Shown piece after piece: positions 37,544 to 50,363 of a DNA stretch of 64,000 nt (within the stretch, counting starts at the first letter, position 1; each line of letters begins with the position of its first letter). Source of the DNA: Centroscyllium fabricii (taxonomy: Eukaryota). The stretch lies in NCBI GenBank assembly GCA_051313645.2, contig JBNRSN020000010.1, forward strand, positions 2,232,001 to 2,296,000, read 5' to 3'. Made by a program: the position numbers and the translations under genes. The notes beneath the pieces are model-generated. The model ran no database searches. It saw only the letters and a list, made by a program, of their open reading frames with translations, and was not told where the DNA came from.

Positions 37544-37843
37544 TGTGATAAACCACTGTTTCCCACTGTTTCTTATTGTATATACTCACCCCGTTTGTAT
37601 CTATGTAATCGTACCTAATGCCATGTTGTACATAACCTGTTATACGATTACCGGGACATGCCCAGGCTGGCTCCGCCCGCGACTCCTCCCTCCCAGGATG
37701 GGGTATATAAATGGCCGTCTCCCATCCCCCGGCCATACCTGGGGACAGTCGACTAGCTGGTGCGTGTCCCACCATTTAGTTAATAAAAGCCGCATTGTTT
37801 CTCTTTCTAACTACTCGTCCATGAGGTCATTATTTCGGTCACA
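37544..37843 (+). mobile_element. Solo LTR (300 bp) with 5-bp TSD ATAGT
   Basis: TGTGA...TCACA termini, TATAAA 37706-37711, AATAAA 37782-37787, ATAGT at 37539-37543 and 37844-37848. Confidence 0.92.
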
Positions 37844-38015
37844 ATAGTCACTGCCATAACTGTAAAGTAGGAAATCATATATACTTCTGAACAGACTCAG
37901 TACAGTAAACGTACAGCAGGAACAAATGTATACACTGAAAAGATTCAGTGCAGCAACCATGGAGCGGGAAGACATATGTACTCTGAATAGAGTTAGTACA
38001 GTAACTGTACCGCAG

Positions 38016-38070
<55 letters not shown>

Positions 38071-38858
38071 GTGAACAGAGTCAGTACAATAAATGTACAT
38101 TAGTAATATAAATATAAATAGAACAGTGTCAGTATAATAGTGTAGGAATAAAAATATACACTGAAAATAGTCGCTGCATTAATGTTAAAGCAGGGATAAA
38201 TATATACAATGAACAGAGTCAGTGCAGTAATTGTACAAAAGGGATATAAATATACAAGGAACATAGTCACTGCTGTAACTGTATTGCAGGAAATCATATA
38301 TACACTGAACAGAGTCAGTACAGTATCTGTACAGCAAGAACACATATATACACTGAAAATATTCAGTGCAGTAACCATACAGCAGGAATACATATATACT
38401 CTGAATAGTGTCAGTATAGTAACTATACAGCAGGAATATAAATATAAATTGAACATTAACGCCGCAGTAACTGTACAGGAGGAATACATTTATACACTGA
38501 ACAGAGTCATCCAGTAACTGAACAGCAGGAACACATAGAAACTGAAAAGATTCAGTGCAGTAACCATACAGCAGGAATACATATATACTGGGAATAGTGT
38601 TAGTACTGTCACTGTACAGCAGGAATACATATATACACTGAACAGAGTCAGTGCAGTATCTGTGCAGCAGGATTACAAGTGTACATTGAGCAGAGTCGCT
38701 ACAGTAACCGTAAAGCAGGAAATCATATACACACTGAAAACATTCAGTGCAGTAACCAAACAGCAGGAAGACATATATATTCTGAATAGAGTTGATACAG
38801 TAACTTTACAGCAGGAAAAAAATATACATAAACTGAATATAGTACCGTTACGAAGTAG

Positions 38859-38891
<33 letters not shown>

Positions 38892-41800
38892 AATATATAG
38901 GAATATATATATATATATATATATACTGAACAGAGTCAGTGTATTAACTGTACAAAAGGTATATAAATATACACAGAACATATTCACTGCTGTAAGTGTA
39001 AACCAGGAATATCTATATACACTGAACCGAGTGGGTACAGTAACTGAACAGCAGAAATACTTATCTACACTGAACAGACTCATTGCCGTAACTGTACACA
39101 AGTAATATAAATATTCATGGAACATAAACGCTGCATTAACTATACACTAGGAATACATATATATACTGGAAAAAACCAGTGTATCAATCATACAGCAGGA
39201 AGACATATATTCTGAATAGAGTTAGTACAGTAACTGTACAGCAGGAAAACTATTATATATACACTAAATAGAATCATTACAATAACTGTACATCAGGAAT
39301 ATAAATATACACTGAACAGAGTCATTACAATAACTGTATAGCAGGAATATAAATATATACGGATAATAGTCACTGCAGTAACTGTAAAGCAGGATATCAT
39401 ATATACACTGAACAGAGACAATACAGTGATTGTACAGCAGGAACACATATATACTCAGAATAATGTTAGTACAATAACTTTACAGGATGAATACATATAT
39501 ACACTGAACAGAGTCAGTTAAGTTACTGTCCAAGAGGAATATAAATATTCATGGGACCTAAACACTGCGGTAACTGTAGATTAGGAATACATACATACAC
39601 TGAACAGAGTTAATGCGGTAATTGAACAGCAGGAACACAAATATATACTGAAAAGATTCATTGCATTAACCATACAGCAGGAATACATATATACACTGAA
39701 CAGAGTCAGTGCAGTAACTGTACAACAGGAATAGTTATATATTCTGAATAGAGTAATTACAATAAATGTACACTAGTAATATAAATATACACTGAACAGA
39801 GTCAGTACAATAAATGTAGAGTAGGAATATAAATATACACTGAACAGTGTCAGTACAATAACGGTATAGCAGGTGTATAAATATACACGGAACATCGCTG
39901 CATTAATTGTAAAGCAGAGATACATTTATACACTGAACAGAGTGCGTGCAGTATCTGTGCAGCAGGATTACCAATGTACATTGAGCAGAGTCGCTACAGT
40001 AACTGTAAAGCAGGAAATCATATACACTGAACAGAGTCATTACAATAACTGTACAGCAGGAACACATATATACTCAGAATAATGTTAGTACAATAACTTT
40101 ACAGGATGAATACATATATACACTGAACAGAGTCAGTTAAGTTACTGTACAAGAGGAATATAAATATTCATGGGACCTAAACACTGCGGTAACTGTAGAT
40201 TAGGAATACATACATACACGGAACAGACTCAATGCAGTAATTGAACAGCAGGAACACAAATATACACTGAAAGATGCATTGCATTAACCGTACAGCAGGA
40301 ATACATATATACTCTGAATTGTTTTAGTACAGTGACTGTACAGCAGGAATACATATATATACACTGGACAGTGTCATTGCAATAAATGTACATTAATATA
40401 AATATACACTGAACAGTGTCAGTACAATAACGGTATAGCAGGTATATAATATACTGGGAACATCGTCACTGCTGTAACTGTAAACCCGGAATATCTATAT
40501 ATACTGAACCGTGTCAGTGCAGTAACTGAACAGCAGGAATACTTATATACACTTAACAGACTCATTGCAATAACTGTACAAAGTAATTTAAGTATTCATG
40601 GTATATAAACGCTGTGGTAACTGTACACTAGGAATAAATATATACACAAACAATTCAGTGCAGCAACCACACAGCAGGAAGACATATATTTTGAATAGAG
40701 TTAGTACAGTAACTGTACAGCAGGAAAACATATATACACTGAATAGAATCATTACAATAAGTGTACATCATGAATATAATTATACACAGATCATAGTCAG
40801 TGCAGTAACTGTAAAGCAGGAAATCAAATATACACTGAACAGAGTCAGTACAGTAACTGCACAAAAGGAATATAAATATACATTTAAACGATTCAGTGCT
40901 GCAACCATACAGCAGGAAGACATATATACACTGATCAGAGTCAGGACAATAACTTTACAGCAGGAATATATAGATAGATCATAGTCACTGCAGTTACTGT
41001 AAAGCAGGAACACATACTGTAAATAGTCAATACAGTAACTGTACAGTGGGAATACATATATACATTGAACATAGTCAGTGCATCAATTGTACAAAAGGGA
41101 TATAAATATGCACGGAACATAGTCACTGCCGTAACTGTAAAGCAGGAAATCATATATACATTGAACTGAGTCAGCACAGTAACTGTACAGCAGGAACACA
41201 TATAGACTGAATAGCATTAGTACAGTAACTGTACAGGAATATATATATATATATAATATATATAATGAACAGAGGGCAGTAAATGTACAAAAGGAATATA
41301 AATATACACTGAGCATTGTCAGTGCAGTAATTTTAAAGTAATAATATATGTATAGACTGAACAGAGTCAGAGCAATAACTGTACAGGAGGAACACATATA
41401 TACACTGAACAGAGTCAGTGTAGTAAATGTACAGAAGGAACAAATGTATATTGTGAAACGATTCAGTGCAGCAGCCATAAAGCAGGAAGACAGATATACT
41501 CTGAATAGAGTTAGTACAGTAACAGTACAGCAGGAAAACATATATACACTGAACAGAGTCATTACATTAAATGTACATTAGTAATATAAATATACACTGA
41601 ACAGTGTCAGTACAATAACGGTACAGCAGGTGTATAAATATACATGGAACATAGTCACTCCATCAATTTTAAAGCAGGGATACATATATAGTCTGAATAG
41701 AGTTAGTACAGTAACTTACAGCAGGAACACATATATACACTGCAGAGAGTCAGGACAATAACTGTACAGCAGCAATATATATATGTACACGGAACAGTCA

Positions 41801-43188
41801 CTGCCGTAACTGTAAAGTAGGAAATCATATATACTCTGAACAGAGTCAGTACAGTAAATGTACAGCAGGAACAAATGTATAAACCAAAAAGTTTCAGTGC
41901 AGCAACCATGGATCGGGAAGACATTTATACTCTGAATGGAGTTAGTACAGTAACTGTACAGCAGGAATATATATATGCAGTGAACAGAGTCATTACAATA
42001 AATGTACATTAGTAATATAAATATAAACTGAACAGTGTCAGTATAATAATAGTGTAGGAATAAAAATATACACTGAAAATAGTCGCTGCATTAATGTTAA
42101 AGCAGGGATAAATATATACAATGAACAGAGTCAGTGCAGTAATTGTACAAAAGGGATATAAATATACAAGGAACATAGTCACTGTTGTAACTGTATTGCA
42201 GGAAATCATATATACACTGAACAGAGTAAGTACAGTAACTGTGCAGCAAGAACACATATATACACTGAAAATATTCAGTGCAGTAACCGTACAGCAGGAA
42301 TACATATATATTTGGAATAGTGTTAGTAGAGTCACTGTACTACAGGAATACATATATACTCTGAATAGTGTCAGTATAGTAACTATACAGCAGGAATATA
42401 AATATAAATTGAACATTAACGCCGCAGTAACTGTACAGGAGGAATACATTTATACACTGAACAGAGTCAATCCAGTAACTGAACAGCAGGAACACATATA
42501 GAAACTGAAAAGATTCAGTGCAGTAACCACACAGCAGAAATACATAAATATTCTGAATAGAGATAGTCTAGTAACTGTAGAGTATAAACACATATATACA
42601 CTGAACAGAGTCAGGACAATAACTGTACAGCAGGAATATGTATGTATATATATATATAACAGATCATAGTCACTGCAGTAACTGTAAAGCAGGAACACAG
42701 ATATACTCAACAGAGTCAGTGTAGTAACTGTACAGCAGGAATAGTTATATACACTGAATAGAGTCATTACAATAAATGTACATTAGTAATATAAATACAC
42801 TGAACAGTGTCAGTACAATAAATGTAGAGTAGGAATATAAATATACAATGTACAGTGTCAGTACAATAACGGTATAGCAGGTATATAAATAGACACAGAA
42901 TATCGCTGCATTAATTGTAAAGCAGAGATACATTTATACACTGAACAGAGTCAGTGAAGTAACTGTGCAGCAGGATTACAAATGTATATTGAGCAGACTA
43001 ACTGTAAAGCAGGAATACATATACACACTGAAAACATTCAGTGCAGTAACCAAACAGCAGGATTACATATATACTCTGAATAGAGTTAATGCAGTAACTG
43101 TACAGCAGTAACAAATACATATAGACTGAATAGAATCAGTACAGTTACTGTACAGTAGGAATACTTACATATACTGAACAGAGTCAGT

Positions 43189-43335
43189 NNNNNNNNNNNN
43201 NNNNNNNNNNNNNNNNNNNNNNNNNNNNNNNNNNNNNNNNNNNNNNNNNNNNNNNNNNNNNNNNNNNNNNNNNNNNNNNNNNNNNNNNNNNNNNNNNNNN
43301 NNNNNNNNNNNNNNNNNNNNNNNNNNNNNNNNNNN
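43189..43335. other. Assembly gap (147 N) inside the satellite
   Basis: Run of N flanked by satellite on both sides. Confidence 1.
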
Positions 43336-43699
43336 CAGTTACTGTAAAGGAAGAACACACATATACACTGAGCAGAGTCAATACAGTAACTGTACAGTAG
43401 GAATACATATACATGTGAGCTGGGATGGAGCTCAGAAAGTCCTGAATCTGTGAAAGACTGGAGAAGTATATTTTACTGTATTTATTTATTTATTAGAGAG
43501 TTTAAGTTAACAATAATTTAAATTTATTAATTTTAAAGTAGTTTGAAGAAAACCAGAATTTAAATCTGGCTTTAAAAAGGGGCGGGACTTATTGTGGCGT
43601 GCATGGAGGGCTGGCGAGATTTTGGTAAGTGGGAGAGTTCGGGCAAGTGGGAGGTGAAGGGGTGCTTCCCTGTTTTGTTTCTGTCCGCAATCTTAGGTT

Positions 43700-44002
43700 T
43701 CATAGAATCCCTACAGTGCAGATAGATGCCATTTCGGCCCATCAAGCCTGCACTGACACACATCCCACCCTATCCCCGTAACCCCACATATTTGATCCCC
43801 CTAGCACTAAGGGTCAATTTATCCTGGTCAATCAACCTAACCTGCAATCTTTGGACTGTGGGAGGAAACCGGAGCACCCGGAGGAAACCCACGCAGACAC
43901 GGGGAGAATGTTCAAACTCCACACAGATAGTCACCTGAGGCCGGATTTGAACCCAGGCTCCTAGCACTGTGAGGCAACTGTGCTAACCACTATGCCACCG
44001 TT
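43700..44002 (-). mobile_element. HE1-like V-SINE, short classical tail
   Basis: Same head and V-domain, ending ...GGGCCGAAATGGCATCTATCTGCACTGTAGGGATTCTATGA on the minus strand. Confidence 0.9.
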
Positions 44003-44004
44003 CC

Positions 44005-44490
44005 ACTCCATGGAAGAGCTGGAGTTTTTATTGTCTCACTTACTAGATTTAATAAAATATTGATCAGACATTTTCAGTGTTTCCTAGTACTCGAACTTGA
44101 ATTAGAGGTAAAAGGGTATATGACAATATATTTTACCACCACAGAAGTATAATAGGGAAATTATTGCAAATAAGTATGTAAAAATTCAAAGCATAGAACC
44201 AATACATTTATACACATTAACACCTAGACACTATCCACACACCTCTTTGTTAATGCTCAGACAGTTGCCATCTCCAACTAACTACCCTATTAATAACAGG
44301 ACTGTATCAATGTAAGCAGCCTCTCCCTGTTAATATGCAGACTCTATCCATCTGTACAGTAACATCCCGTTAATATCCAGACTATCCATTTCTATAGTTT
44401 TATCTGTTAACGATTGGGGTGTATCCATCTATACACTGCTCCCCTATTAAAACCCAGTCTCTATCCTTATACTCACCCTCCCAGTTAATA
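44005..44490. repeat. Distal half of the unidentified module plus 40-bp minisatellite
   Basis: CATGGAAGAGCTGGAGTTTTTATTGTCTCA...TTCAGTGTTTCCTAG...CACAGAAGT matches 27343-27480 and 28480-28600. Confidence 0.75.
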
Positions 44491-44827
44491 TCCATTCATT
44501 TGCCTTTCAACATTTCATCCATTCGGCCAGCTATGCTATCTTCCACCCATCTATTTGTTCACCCATTCGACCAAGCATCCACCTATGCAGCCTTTGATAA
44601 TTTCTTAGCCAACAAGGCATTCCACATCAGCCTTCACAGCCAGATATTATCTTATCCTTAGATCTGTCCATCCATCCTGTAAACCCTCTATCTCTGCTTA
44701 AATCCTTTCTGTCATTCAGCCCTCCATCTTGTCATCCAACCTTTCATCTATCCAGTCTTCTGTCCATCCATGGATCCCTCTATGTATTGAGAACCCATGC
44801 ATCCATTATCCTTCATCCATGCATTAT

Positions 44828-45227
44828 AGAAACATAGAAACATAGGAACTGGAGTAGGCCATTCGGCCTTTTGAGCCTGCTCCGCCATTCAATGAGATCA
44901 TGGCTGATCATCCAAACCCAGTACCCTGTCCCTGCCCTGTCCCCATATCCCTCGATCCCTATCGAGCCTGCACCGACATATTCCTACCCTATCCCCGTAA
45001 TCCCACATATTCAATCCCCCTAACACTAAGGGTCAATTTATCCTGGCCAATCAACCTAACCCGCACATCTTTAGACTGTGGGAGGAAACCGGAGCACCCG
45101 GAGGAAACCCACGCAGACACGGGGAGAATGTGCAAACTCCACACAGATAGTACCCGAGGCCGGATTTGAACCCGGGTCTCCAGTGCTGTGAGGCAACAGT
45201 GCTAACCACTGTGCCACCGTGCCGCCC
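44828..45227 (-). mobile_element. HE1-like V-SINE, long-tail type
   Basis: Full length from GGGCGGCACGGTGG to the (TTTCTATG)n tail on the minus strand; TAT on both flanks. Confidence 0.93.
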
Positions 45228-45230
45228 TAT

Positions 45231-45665
45231 TTATGCTCTCCTGGGTGATGCTGATGTTGTGCGCACTGCAGCACGGTTGAGTGAGGCCAGGTAGTGCTTG
45301 ATGTGGTCCAGCCAGAACTGGTGCTGAATAGCTAAGCCAGCTGACTGCTAGATATGCTCGTTGTTGAACACCTTAGATTTGGGGACAAGAGCATCAGAAG
45401 TGAAGCATGGGCAAATCGACAGCTGCCAAAATTTATAACTAATGAAAAGATTATCGGTTAAACAGTTAGGAATTTGGGTGTAAAGTTTTTATTCATAGTA
45501 GCTGATGTTGAAAGAATTGGGGTTAAAATGGGGTAGGATGATGTTAGGGATGCAAGAAGTTGATAGGATATGGCCGTGTTCAGGATCATGGGAATATAGG
45601 CTAACTTCAGGGGATGGGTGTTCTTATGGGAAGGAGAGGTTACAAGGAGCGAGAGGTCCTTAAAT
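45231..45665 (-). mobile_element. Old L2-like LINE ORF2 linker fragment
   Basis: Minus strand gives AGLAIQHQFWLDHIKHYLASL, resembling the recalled shark L2 motif TGLAIHRQIWLDHIKHY; otherwise highly decayed. Confidence 0.55.
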
Positions 45666-45723
45666 CCAACCATCCATTATGGTATCAACCATCCAGCCAG
45701 TCACCTTTGTCTGATCCTGCCTC

Positions 45724-47201
45724 TGTTTTCCCAAGTGCTCTGCTATTACATCTTTTATAATGGACTCTAGCATTTCCCCACTACCGATGTCAGGCTTACC
45801 GGTCTGTAATTCCCTGTTTTCTCTCTACCACCTTTTTTGAATAGTGGGGTAATATTAGCTACCCTCCAATCCATGGGAACTGTTCCAGAGTCTATTAAAT
45901 TTTGGAAGATGACCAGCAATGCATCCACTATTTCTAGGGCAACTTGCTTAACTACCCTAGGGTGTAGATTATCAGGCCCTGGGGATTTATCGGCCTTCAA
46001 ATCCATCAATTTCGTTAATAACATTCCCCTACAAATACTGATTTCCACAGTTCCACCCTTTCATTAGACTCCATGTACCTCGACATCTCTGGGAGGTTGT
46101 TTGTGTCCTCCTTTGTGAAGACAGACCAAAGTATGCATTTAATGGGTCTGCCATTTCTTTGTTCCCCATTATGAATTCTACTGATTCTGACTGCAAGGGA
46201 CCTACGCTTGACGTCACCAACCTTTTTCTCTTCACATATCTATGTAAAATATTTTACAGTCAATTTTTATGTTCCCTGAAAGCTTAGTCTCACACTCTAT
46301 TTGCCCCCTGTTAATTAATCCCTTTGTCCTCCTTTGTTAAATCCTAAACTGCTCCCAATCCTCAGGTTTACTGCTTTTTCTGGCCAGTTTATGTGTCCTC
46401 TCCTCGGATCTTATGCTATCCCTAATTTCCCTTGTTAGCCACAGTTGAGTCAACTTTGTTTTATTTTTATGCTATATAGGGCTCAACAAATTCTGTAGTG
46501 CATCCATGTGATCTTTTAATGTTTGCCATTGCATATCCACTGTCAACCCTTTGAGTAACATTCCCCAATCAATCGTACCCAACATGCACCTCATTCCATC
46601 ATACTTTCCTTTATTTAAATTTAGAAACCTAAGTTTCTGAGACAACTACTTCACTCTCCATATTAATGAATAATTCAATCATATTATGATCACTCTGAAC
46701 CCAGGGGCCTCGCACAACAAGATTGCTAATTAATCCTCTCATTACATAATACCCAGTCTAACATTACCTTTTCTCTAGTTGGTTCCTCATCATATTGGTC
46801 CAGGAAACCATCCGCTATACACTCCACGAATTCCTCCTCCACAGTATTGTTACTAATTTGTTTAGCCCAATCTATATGTAGATTAAAGTCACCCATGATA
46901 ACTGCTGTGCCCTTATTGTACGCTTCTCTAATTTACCATTTAATGCCATCCCCAACCTTTGCATTACTGTTTGGAGGTCTATATACCACTCCCACTAACG
47001 TTTTCTGCCCTTTGGTATTTCTCAGTTTTACCCATACAGATTCCACATCATCAGAACTAATATCTTTCCTCACAATTGCATTAATCCCCCCTTTAACCTG
47101 CAATGCTACCCCACCTCCTTTTCCTGAATATTGAATACCCCTGGATGTTGAGTTCCCTGCCTTGGTCACCCTGGAGCCATGTTTCTGTAGTTCCAATCAT
47201 A
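45724..47201 (-). mobile_element. CR1 ORF2 fragment: APE endonuclease through start of RT
   Basis: GKGGGVALQVK...ESVWVKLRNTKGQKTLVGVVYRPPNS (endonuclease); KSPGPDNLHPRV...NYRPVSLTSVVGK. Confidence 0.92.
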
Positions 47202-47960
47202 TTTAATTCTTATGTTCTTATGTCCGATCATTCTTGTGCCAAATTATTCTTCCATGTCCATTCATTCATCAATCCATGATCTATCTATTTGAGCAGCAAA
47301 TCATAAATCAATCAGTTCACCTGCCATCCATCCAAACCTCCAGATATCCAATCATCCTTTAAAATTATCAGCACCATTTAGCAGATCCCTTGTGATGTCG
47401 GGCAAGAGTCAGGATGCGATCATCTTTCCTAATTCCACTTCCATTCACGGTTGTACCCATGATTTTCAGAATGTCTTGAGGCAGTCAGAGGTGGGGTGGT
47501 TATCTCTTGTCTTTGTTTCAGAGAAGCATCATTCCCCAACTATGTTATTAATCTACCTGAGGGTCATCATTCATCTGCGCTTGTATTATTCATCTATCCA
47601 TTAATCTTCAGTTCTTTCATGCATAAAACAGTCCAAACTTCCATCCAAAATTCCACCCATCTATCTGTTCATCCATGGAATCTCGTCCATTCAGCCCTTC
47701 ATCCTACTGTCTACTCTTGATCCATCCACCCATCCATAAGATTAGCCATCTATTCATCCAGGCTTCACACATACAATGATCCTCCCATGCATCCTTCCAA
47801 CCAGCCATGGTTTTCCCACCCCTGCACCTAGCCACTATTCCAACAGTCTGTCTACTAGCGTTACACGCACCTATCCATTCCATCCATTCATCCTTGTATA
47901 TATCCATATATCTGCCCTCCATTTAACCATCTATATTTCAATCCATCCAGAGCTCGACCC

Positions 47961-48373
47961 AACATAGAAACATAGAAACATAGAAACTAGGAGCAGGAGT
48001 AGGCCATTTGGCCCTTCGAGCCTGCTCCGCCATTCAATGAGATCATGGCTGATCATCCAAACCCAGTACCCCACCCCTGCCCTCTCCCCATATCCCTCGA
48101 TCCCTATCGAGCCTGCACCGACACATATCCCACCCTATCCCCGTAACCCCACATATTCAATCCCCCTGACACGAAGGGTCAATTTATCCTGGCCAATCAA
48201 CCTCACCCGCACATCTTTGGACTGTGGGAGGAAACCGGAGCACCTGGAGGAAACCCACGCAGACACGGGGAGAATGTGCAAACTCCACACAAATAGTACC
48301 CGAGGCTGGATTTGAACCCGGGTCTCCAGCGCTGTGAGGCAACAGCGCTAACCACTGTGCCACCGTGCCGCCC
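47961..48373 (-). mobile_element. HE1-like V-SINE, long-tail type
   Basis: Full-length match to the family with three tail units. Confidence 0.94.
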
Positions 48374-49135
48374 ATCCGATCCATCCAATCTGCCATCTAT
48401 GCAACCTTCCTGTTATCCATCCATGAATAGATCCAGCCACAATAAGGTCCTCCATCAATACACATCCGCCCATCCGTCATGCATTCCTATCTTTTTCCAC
48501 CTACCATCCAGCCTTCTTGATAACCGTTTATCCACGCAATTGTCCATCCACCTATTCATCCTTTCCTCCATGCATACAGTCATCTAATCCTCTGACTGCA
48601 ACCTTACTTCCATCCATCTTACCGATGATGAATCTGTGCATTTGTTCATCATTCTTCATTCCATATATCATTTCCTGTAGCAAATTAATCCAGCTGTTCA
48701 TTCATAGATCCTTCTCGGTATTCACCCATCTATCGAATAATTGTAGAACACACTCATAGAATCAGTCTTTAATCTGTCCATCCATACACTAACCATTCAT
48801 TGTTCCATCTATTCCTTAACCTTCCACACTTTCTTGCATATATTTACCATTCGTCCGACCATCAAGCTAGACCATCAATTATCCATCGAATCTCCTATTC
48901 ATCTGAATCTCCTAACAATCATCCAACCATTTCTGCAGCTGTCTATCTTCCATTTGACCACTCATTCAAATATCCATCTAGTTAATCTTTCGAGCCATCC
49001 ACAAAGTCCATACATCTATACCTTCATCAGTATGTAATTTCATCTGGATGCTTATCGATCCACCTGTACAGCCATCCAGTGATCCTTTAATCTCGCCATC
49101 CATGCATTCTCCCATCCAGCTATCCATCCCTTCAC

Positions 49136-49564
49136 GGGACGGTGGCATAGTGGTTAGCGCTGTTGCCTCACAGCACTGGAGACCCGGGTTCAAATCCTGC
49201 CTCGGGTACTATCTTTGTGGAGTTTGCACATTCTCCGTGTCTGCGTGGGTTTCCTCCGGGTGCTCCGGTTTCCTCCCACAGTCCAATGATGTGCGGGTTA
49301 GGTTGATTGGCCAGGATAATTTGACCCTTAGTGTTAGGGCGATTGAATATGTGGGGTTACGGGGATAGGGTGGGATATGTGTTGATGGAGGCTCAATAGG
49401 GATCGAGGGATATGGGGCAGGGACAAGGTGCTGGGTTTGGATGATCAGTCATGATTTCATTGAATGGCAGAGCAGGCTCGAAGGGCCGAATGGTCTACAC
49501 TTGCTGCTATCTTCTATGTCTATGTCTATGTCTCCTATCTTCTATGTCTATGTTTCTATGTTTC
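49136..49564 (+). mobile_element. HE1-like V-SINE, long-tail type, more diverged, with duplicated tail
   Basis: Head, V-domain and CR1 tail present; CTATCTTCTATGTCTATG occurs twice at the 3' end. Confidence 0.92.
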
Positions 49565-50363
49565 AACACTCCACCCATGGGTCCTTCCATCCATCGTTAC
49601 ATCCACCGAAACTTCCATCCATTCAATCTATTCACAATCCATGCATTCAAACTTCTACACAACCGGCCACACATTATTTCATTCAATCTTCTATATTTAC
49701 ATTCATCCAAAAATCCTTCCATCCCACCTTAGATCCGATGGTACATCTGTCTCTATATCCCTCACTTGAACTTCAACAATTCAGCCAGTCACTTGCTGCT
49801 TTATCAACTGATGACTCAATCTTTAATATCTCTGTCAATGTACATATCTATTCATCCATCTATCCCATTATCTTTTGGTCATCCACCCATCTAAGCATCG
49901 ATCCAAACGTGCACACATAGATCCAACCATCCACTTATTCATCTGTGCTACCATTCATCCGTCCATAAATCTGTCCATTCGTAATTCCTACAGCAATAAT
50001 CCTCCCCTCCAGATATCCAAAGTATTATCCATCCAATTCTCCATTAGTCATTTTAAATCCAATCTTCTGTTCATTCATTTATCAGTCCTCGCAGCCAATC
50101 ATCTGTGCTGTCAGCCACACAACCACGTTCCATCCATTCATTAATCAGTCACACTTACATTCATCTACCTACCTAGTTATTCACTCCTCCATCCAACTTT
50201 TGTATCATTATTTCATCCAACTATGCATCTAACAGTCCACACAATGGTCCATTCGTCCCACCACTGATTTATCATTCTATCCAACCATACATCTTCCGAG
50301 CCATGCATCCATCCACTCTTCCATCATCAATCCACCCATCCAATCTTGCAACCATCTCTCCAT

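Larger units (their letters stand above)
29708..43413 (+). repeat. 48-bp satellite array 2, interrupted by a CR1, a solo LTR and an assembly gap
   Basis: Same monomer and orientation as array 1; about 30285-39602 is collinear with about 7110-16686. Confidence 0.95.

Noticed and set aside
5875-43413. Many Cys/Tyr/Thr/Val-rich ORFs (YMYSCCTVTVLTLFSV / YTLNRVSTVTVQQEYI) suggesting a repeat protein
   Set aside because: They are translations of a 48-bp (multiple of 3) satellite on both strands, broken constantly by 2-bp TA indels and stops.
43414-43699. GC-box and AT-rich segment as a host promoter or CR1 5' UTR
   Set aside because: No downstream ORF and no second copy in the window; cannot be assigned from sequence alone.
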